Source: a plasmid. From it: 64,000 bases of DNA. The DNA is taken from the sequence record NZ_CP012741.1; one strand, 5' to 3'. Shown here one piece after another: positions 58,272 to 64,000 of the stretch; position 1 is the first letter of the stretch, and the number at the start of each line of letters is the position of its first letter. The notes under the pieces are model-generated. The model did not search any database, was not told the DNA's origin, and saw only the letters and a list, made by a program, of their open reading frames with translations. Made by a program: the position numbers and the translations under genes.

Positions 58272-59873
58272 GTGAAAGTCGATAAATTACATATTCGCTC
58301 TCGTTTTAAAAACCTTGAAAACGTGAGCGTGGACTTTGATGAAGACCACCTAATGACAGTGGTGGTAGGTCGCAATGGTTCGGGAAAATCTAACGTGCTG
58401 GAGGCTTTGGTTGCGATATTTCGCAACCTTGATTTGGGCAAAGCTCCTCCTTTTTCATACGAGTTAGTTTACCGACTTGGCGAGCCCCACAAGCCAAATC
58501 AAACCAGTGAGCAATGGTTGGAAATTACTATTGATGCTGACCCAACTCGTGGCACAATAACTAAGCAATACCAAGTACAATTACGCGACTTGTTATCGGA
58601 TGAAGCACCTCAAGACCTTTTAGAAGAAAAGTCGGCAGGCCAAATCATTCCTTTCTCAAAAGTAAAGCGAGACAAAGAAGGTAAAGCGCCGTATCTGCCT
58701 AACTATGTCTTTGCTTACTATTCAGGCCCCAGTGATCGCTTAGAAAATCACTTTAAGAAACATCGCACTGATTTTTACCGTCGCCTACTTAAAGATGAGC
58801 TGGATTTAAAAGGTGATATTCGCCCTCTGTTCTATGCCAAACCCCACCACAGTCAATTTGTACTATTGGCCTTTTTCTTATCAGCTAAAGACAGTGCAGA
58901 AAAAGCTTTTTTACTTGAGCACTTAGGCATTGAAGGTTTAGACAGTATTCACTTTGTGATGCGTCAACCCGGTTGGGCTAAACAGAAAGGTGAATTATTT
59001 TGGGGCGCAAGAGGTGTTGTTCGCCGCTTTTTAGATGAACTAATTAAACACACACTGTCACCTGTCAAAGTTACGCGTCAGGAAGATACTTCTTTGACCG
59101 GCAGCAATATTCGCAATGAGTTCTTTCATCTGTTTTTACCCGACGTAAACGCTCTGCGTGACTTTGCCAAAGACCTCAGCCCAGATGAGCTATTTAAAAT
59201 GCTCGAAAGTACGCTGCTTTCCGAAATCATCTCTGAAGTTAGCATTCGGGTGAAAGTTTCAAGCAGTCAAGAACCACTCACTTTTCGAGAACTTAGTGAA
59301 GGTGAACAGCAGCTTCTTACTGTGTTGGGCTTGCTCAAGTTCACTGGTGGTAAAGATTCCCTATTTCTACTCGACGAACCAGACACCCACCTCAACCCTT
59401 CATGGGCAGTGAAATACTTAAAATTCCTGCGTGAATTCGTGCCCAACCACGAAACTAGCCATTTGTTGATGGTGACCCATCACCCACTTGCTATTGCAGA
59501 GTTAAAGAAAGAACAAGTTCAAGTGATGAAACAGATCGGAGCGCAACAAATAACTGCGAAGATGCCTGGTGAAAGCCCACGGGGAATGGGAATCAACCTT
59601 ATCTTGCGTAGCGATATGTTTGGTTTACAGACAACGCTTGATGATGAAACGAATCAAAAACTTACGGCCAGAAATGCGCTAGCAGCTCAGGAAACGCTAT
59701 CTAAAGAAAAACTTGTTCGTGAAGAAAGTCATGAACCTGAAGACGAAGAGCAGTATTTGTCTAGACTGAACTCCGAACTCGAAGTCCTGGGTTTTAACTT
59801 AGCGACCGATGATCCAGATTACCTAGAGTTCCTTCGCGAGAAGTATCACTCGAAAAATTCGGGGGAGCACTAA
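58272..59873 (+). CDS. AAA_15/AAA_21-type ATPase, Septu PtuA-like
   Basis: GTG start with SD AAGGAA. N-terminal LHIRSRFKNLENVSVDF...VVGRNGSGKSNVLEAL (Walker A). Distal LFLLDEPDTHLNP (Walker B/D-loop) and LLMVTHHP (H-loop). Confidence 0.75.
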   Translation: MKVDKLHIRSRFKNLENVSVDFDEDHLMTVVVGRNGSGKSNVLEALVAIFRNLDLGKAPPFSYELVYRLGEPHKPNQTSEQWLEITIDADPTRGTITKQYQVQLRDLLSDEAPQDLLEEKSAGQIIPFSKVKRDKEGKAPYLPNYVFAYYSGPSDRLENHFKKHRTDFYRRLLKDELDLKGDIRPLFYAKPHHSQFVLLAFFLSAKDSAEKAFLLEHLGIEGLDSIHFVMRQPGWAKQKGELFWGARGVVRRFLDELIKHTLSPVKVTRQEDTSLTGSNIRNEFFHLFLPDVNALRDFAKDLSPDELFKMLESTLLSEIISEVSIRVKVSSSQEPLTFRELSEGEQQLLTVLGLLKFTGGKDSLFLLDEPDTHLNPSWAVKYLKFLREFVPNHETSHLLMVTHHPLAIAELKKEQVQVMKQIGAQQITAKMPGESPRGMGINLILRSDMFGLQTTLDDETNQKLTARNALAAQETLSKEKLVREESHEPEDEEQYLSRLNSELEVLGFNLATDDPDYLEFLREKYHSKNSGEH

Positions 59874-60682
59874 TGCGTTGGATTTGTAAGGACGAAATAG
59901 AGGAATGCTTGACTGCGGCTTGGAGGGAGATGGCAGATCAGGCAAAAGCTGAGCTGCTGGCTGCACCAAATGAAGCAGCAAGAAAAGCCATTCTCAAAAA
60001 AGTCGCTTCTTCAAAAGTTTGGCGCGATTTCTATGACTTACTACCCGACGTTTACAAACGTAAATGTTGGTATTGTGAAGCCGAGGAAATACGCTCGGAT
60101 ATGCCAGTTGACCATTTCAGACCGAAAAATAAAGTTGAAGATGATAATCAGCATGATGGCTACTGGTGGCTAGCATTCGATTGGGAGAACTATCGGTGTG
60201 CTTGTACATTCTGTAATAGCCGTAGGGTCTTTGAGGAAACTGAAGGCGGTAAAGCATGTAGATTTCCCCTTGAAAATCCTCAAGACAGAGCCTTTACTCC
60301 TGCAGATCAGGTAAAGCTTCGTAACGAACGACCTTACTTCCTTGACCCATTTAATCCGGATGATGAAAAGCTACTTTGGTTTGATAACGATGGGCTACCA
60401 GAGGCTAAGCCAGCAGCAACAGCAGAACAAAAATTAAAGGTTGAGAACTCCATTGAAATTTTTCACCTCAATGAAGCCAGAATAACAAGAGCTAGAAATA
60501 AAATTCGTTTAGAGGTGGAACGACAAGTTAAAAAAATAAAGGGTAATGATGATGTATCAGCTGCAAAAGCAAAGTTACGCCGTATGGTGCGAGATTCGGA
60601 AAAACTATCAAGGGCGGCGGTTGTCTATTTACGAGCACATAGAAATTTACAAGAAGTTAAAGATATTTTGCGTTTAGATTAA
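59873..60682 (+). CDS. HNH endonuclease, Septu PtuB-like
   Basis: CWYCEA...DHFRPKN...NYRCACTFCNS is an HNH signature. Start overlaps the PtuA-like stop (TAATG); 269 aa. Confidence 0.75.
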   Translation: MRWICKDEIEECLTAAWREMADQAKAELLAAPNEAARKAILKKVASSKVWRDFYDLLPDVYKRKCWYCEAEEIRSDMPVDHFRPKNKVEDDNQHDGYWWLAFDWENYRCACTFCNSRRVFEETEGGKACRFPLENPQDRAFTPADQVKLRNERPYFLDPFNPDDEKLLWFDNDGLPEAKPAATAEQKLKVENSIEIFHLNEARITRARNKIRLEVERQVKKIKGNDDVSAAKAKLRRMVRDSEKLSRAAVVYLRAHRNLQEVKDILRLD

Positions 60683-61014
60683 GTTGTACATTCAATTTAA
60701 AATAGCTGATACACATAGCTTTTACTTAGCCATCATTATAATATCCCCAAATCGTTGCCGAAATTTGAGATGAACGGTAATACCATTATCGAATGGCTGT
60801 TTAAAAGACCTACTTTTTATGACTAACAGCTTGTAAAATTGCCAACACCATACTGTTTGCAAGTTGTTTTGCATTTGAATGCGCCCAACAAAAAAGCTAC
60901 CGCACATCCATTAGTATTTACTATTAAAGGTCGCTGATTTGAAATTGCATTAGAGCAAAAACTTTAACTAATAATGGGGCAAAAATGTGTGGAATCGTAT
61001 GTGCAAAGGTGGCG

Positions 61015-61287
61015 TTAATGCGGTAACTCACGACCAAGAGCCATTACGTACTTCACCGCCTCTCTCAGTACAAGTTCATTAAAGTTGATCGATAGCCCTT
61101 CATCGGTCAATACAATTATTAAAAGTATGTCATCGTCCACCAAGTCGTTCATTAAATGCCAATCGATTTCTGCGGAATCGGTTCGCATCAAAGCTTGACT
61201 CATCATATCAAGAAGCTCGACTAAACATTTGTCACTATCCAGTTTTGCTCGATGGATTTGGGCTAGAAGGAAGGTCTTTGTATTCAT
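61015..61287 (-). CDS. hypothetical acidic protein, downstream partner of the 61432-62013 gene
   Basis: 90-aa ORF in the same orientation, 145 bp downstream of the preceding gene. Confidence 0.4.
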   Translation of the reverse strand: MNTKTFLLAQIHRAKLDSDKCLVELLDMMSQALMRTDSAEIDWHLMNDLVDDDILLIIVLTDEGLSINFNELVLREAVKYVMALGRELPH

Positions 61288-61431
61288 ACCACTAGGGTAG
61301 TGACTTTTGAATATCAGTAAGTATGAGATTCGGCTGATATATTGTGACCTTTAACAAACTTCTGGGCAGAGGCTAGCCACCTTCCCTAGAGTTGAATAAC
61401 TTTATATGCCCTAAGTGGTTTTACGTGAACC

Positions 61432-62013
61432 TTAATTCGGGTGCACGACGATATGCGCTTGGTGTGAACTGGCATTCCACTCCTTCATTTCAGCAACGAA
61501 AAGTCCGTGCTGATTTATTGAATCGATAAGTTCTGGCGCGCGTTCCAACTGAATCAGCATCGAAAGCGGGGCAACTTGGTTGTGCTCATGGTCAAAACCA
61601 TGCTCGATTTGCTCTTCAAGCATATAGAGGATCCCTGTCTCGGCTTCGCTGCCTTCCTCAAACAAACGGGATTCGATCCCTTCCACATCATAGAGGTATA
61701 CCAGTAGGTTATAGAGCTTTTCGGCTCCGGCGAGTTTTGTGCGATTGGCTTGCGAATTTAAATCGTACAATCTCATCTCTAGATTCCCTCCTGGTCTTCT
61801 GGCTACATTGAGCATGAGCTTAATATCTTTCTTGATATTCGATAACGCTTTGTTATTCAGTTTCGGCTTTAGGTATCGGATCAAAATGTCGTTACGAGTC
61901 GAAACTGGTACGTGACGAGTGGTTTCTGATACTTTGCTAAGTAAGTGAAGCAAGGCGTGAGTCACTAGATTATGCAGGTTGTGGTAATACTCAAAATCTC
62001 GTTTGATTTGCAT
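61432..62013 (-). CDS. hypothetical protein with a truncated paralog at 47797-47990
   Basis: 193 aa with no recognised motif. Its 3' terminal 190 bp are about 80% identical at DNA level to an unannotated fragment next to IS21. Confidence 0.5.
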   Translation of the reverse strand: MQIKRDFEYYHNLHNLVTHALLHLLSKVSETTRHVPVSTRNDILIRYLKPKLNNKALSNIKKDIKLMLNVARRPGGNLEMRLYDLNSQANRTKLAGAEKLYNLLVYLYDVEGIESRLFEEGSEAETGILYMLEEQIEHGFDHEHNQVAPLSMLIQLERAPELIDSINQHGLFVAEMKEWNASSHQAHIVVHPN

Positions 62014-62077
62014 CGCGGTTTGGGTTTGCTCTACATGATATGAAATACGGGCGTTCGTTGGTCTGCATCATAACACG

Positions 62078-62117
62078 ACTGAATCAGGAAGAGGGCAAAC
62101 CCTCTTCCTGATTCAGT
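62078..62117. promoter_or_regulatory. 18-bp perfect-stem hairpin or palindrome (4-nt loop) 65 bp upstream of the 61432-62013 gene
   Basis: ACTGAATCAGGAAGAGGG-caaa-CCCTCTTCCTGATTCAGT, with no U-run on either strand. Confidence 0.6.
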
Positions 62118-62620
62118 TGTATGCCCCTAATTGATGCTTGCAACAAAAGCTTGCATAGCGATAAAGGCACATCAATGGCTTACTGTTACTTTTGCAGCAA
62201 AACTTTTCATAAACCATTTATCAATATCTTTAAAAGCAACTCAACAGACTTTGTAAGTTACTGAAAGAAAGAGCTATGCAGTCTTATGCTGCAAATTTGC
62301 AAATCCTTTTGCAATTTATGCAGACTTATATTGCAAACAACATAATGTTTGGTAACGAACTCTTGAAACAACCTTAAGACTAATCGAAACGGACACTGTG
62401 AGTATGCTAGCAATTGCTGATATGGCATTTTTAAATATAATAGACATATATGACGGGTGGGTGTAGGGTGTTTTTGTGAGCTACAAACAAGTGAGCCACC
62501 CTCGAAAGGGTGGCTCTTAAACTCGCTACCTGTTGTCAATACTGTTTCCAGCGGAAGAGGACAGGGCTATCACAACAAAAGGCTACGCCTCAGTTGCAGT
62601 AAATATACATAATAATTTCA

Positions 62621-63367
62621 TTGAGGGCAAATGTTTTGGATTTGGAAGAGATCAAGCAAGGACTTTCTACAGAAAAACTAGAAACCTATCGTCAGGTGCT
62701 CGACTGTAAATCTGACAGTGAGTTAATCGCCGTCTATATGGCAATGCAAAGTATAATGTCTCAGTTTTTCTCAGTGGTTCAGCTACTTGAAGTGACGTTG
62801 AGAAATTCAATCCATAAATCAGCTACAGAATGCTTTGAAGATGATGAATGGTATAAGCGTATCCCGATCAGCCACGAGTCAAAAAAACAGGTCGATTTTG
62901 CAGAACAGCAATGTTTGGATGATGTTGGTACTCGATACACTAGCAACGACTTAGTTTCTCGCCTACCTTTCGGTTTTTGGGTGCACATGCTTCATAGAGA
63001 CTACAACAATCCACGCGATAAAGAACATAACCTTTGGCAGACTCAACTAGACAAGTGCTTCCCTAACGCAAAAGCACAGAATGTAAAACTCAACACCCTA
63101 TTTCAGAGAATGGGTTCTCTTAACAAATTTAGAAATAGACTATTTCACCATGAACCTGCATGGAAAGGCCGACACACCAAAAATAGATCTGATGCAGTTC
63201 AATACCTACTAAAAATGTTTAACGAACACATGGAAGCTATTGGCTTACTATCAACATCAAAACGAGAGCTGATTGCTGTATTAGGGTTTGAAGAACGGTT
63301 CTTGCAAGAATGCGATATTAAAAGTCTAGAGCGTTTTGAGTCGATACTAAGTCCAGACGAGAAGTGA
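62621..63367 (+). CDS. Abi_2-family (AbiD/AbiF-like) abortive-infection protein
   Basis: 248 aa. LPFGFWVHML...LNKFRNRLFHHEPAW matches the Abi_2 hallmark (FG.L....RN.IAHHE.I). Confidence 0.6.
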   Translation: MRANVLDLEEIKQGLSTEKLETYRQVLDCKSDSELIAVYMAMQSIMSQFFSVVQLLEVTLRNSIHKSATECFEDDEWYKRIPISHESKKQVDFAEQQCLDDVGTRYTSNDLVSRLPFGFWVHMLHRDYNNPRDKEHNLWQTQLDKCFPNAKAQNVKLNTLFQRMGSLNKFRNRLFHHEPAWKGRHTKNRSDAVQYLLKMFNEHMEAIGLLSTSKRELIAVLGFEERFLQECDIKSLERFESILSPDEK

Positions 63368-63426
63368 TTTAAATATTCTACTAGACATATTTGACAGGTT
63401 GTTTTAAAAGGTTATACTAGACGCAT

Positions 63427-63612
63427 ATGACAGGTAAAACTATTACAGAGTTTCAACGCATTGCTAATGCAAAAGGTTGGAAATTTGAAGATATAGCTAA
63501 ACGTTGGGGTAAGTCCGAACGCCAGTTATCACGGATAGCAAAGGCGGGTGAACAGCGTGATTTAGACGCTGTGAATGGCTTACCAAACAAAGACAGCGAA
63601 CAAAAGGGGTAA
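63427..63612 (+). CDS. small HTH DNA-binding protein
   Basis: 61 aa. GKSERQLSRIAKAG is helix-turn-helix-like. Confidence 0.4.
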   Translation: MTGKTITEFQRIANAKGWKFEDIAKRWGKSERQLSRIAKAGEQRDLDAVNGLPNKDSEQKG

Positions 63613-63616
63613 AATC

Positions 63617-63961
63617 ATGGGTAGAGCAAAACCAGTCACTATTGCAGGGCGTTTATTTGAAAAACAAGGGGATGCAGTAAGCTATTTTACAGAACAAAAG
63701 GAAGAAAGGTTAGCAAGTGGTCTAATTCAAGAAGGAGAGCTATACGATGCCCTTAAGGATGTATACGAGCGATACTGTGACAACTCCCCAGGTTACGAAC
63801 TAAATGGCCGATTGATCACTGCATTCAGTGTCGCCTATGAGAAACGTCAAAACAACGGAGTGTGGGCTACACATGCTTGTTATAAAGTGTATTTTAGCAA
63901 TGATGAAATTAGGCCGTTCTCAATTGCAAAAGCTGTCAGATCTGTAGCTAGTAACTCTTAA
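63617..63961 (+). CDS. hypothetical protein
   Basis: Internal start MGRAKPVTIAGRLFEKQGDAV with SD AAAGGGG. 114 aa, no motif. Confidence 0.4.
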   Translation: MGRAKPVTIAGRLFEKQGDAVSYFTEQKEERLASGLIQEGELYDALKDVYERYCDNSPGYELNGRLITAFSVAYEKRQNNGVWATHACYKVYFSNDEIRPFSIAKAVRSVASNS

Positions 63962-64000
63962 GGGGAAATTAGCCCTCTTACAAACCACAATATCTAGTAT

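Noticed and set aside
62258-62539. 93-aa minus-strand ORF between the unknown cassette and the Abi_2 gene
   Set aside because: Cys/Leu-rich low-complexity translation across a regulatory, repeat-rich intergenic region. No start context.
53895-64000. An hsdR gene completing the type I RM system
   Set aside because: No ORF with SF2 helicase/nuclease motifs of the required size exists in the window. Its absence is reported as a finding, not asserted for the whole replicon.

Overview
This window reads as part of a large conjugative plasmid from a marine gammaproteobacterium (Vibrio/Photobacterium-like codon usage, about 45% GC). Roughly 1-32 kb carries a complete F-type (MPF-F / MOBF) transfer region on the minus strand. 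Gene order is traA-L-E-K-B-V-C-W-U-trbC-N-F-trbB-H-G, then accessory genes and a hok-type toxin, then traD and a ~1,925-aa TraI relaxase-helicase. A lytic transglycosylase gene lies beyond traI. About 32.7-33.9 kb holds a putative Rep gene with an oriV-like DnaA box, iterons and an AT-rich stretch. About 34-51 kb is accessory DNA. It contains a frameshifted rpn-like gene, a parA/parB-like partition locus with palindromic centromere repeats, two divergent serine recombinases, a TonB-dependent receptor, and an IS graveyard. The IS graveyard holds a 612-bp near-perfect inverted duplication with IS110-like fragments, IS903-like, IS91-like and IS1-like remnants, and an intact transthyretin-like gene. 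An FG-GAP lipoprotein gene and an intact IS21-family element (istAB) follow. About 51-64 kb is a defence and addiction island. It carries hicAB, a second parA/RHH partition cassette flanked by 8-bp tandem repeat arrays, and a degenerate Fic gene joined to type I RM hsdM-hsdS and a Septu-like ATPase+HNH pair with no hsdR in view. Two uncharacterised genes with a truncated paralog elsewhere, an Abi_2-family gene and small HTH/unknown genes complete it. All calls come from reading the translations and sequence by eye; no database search was run.
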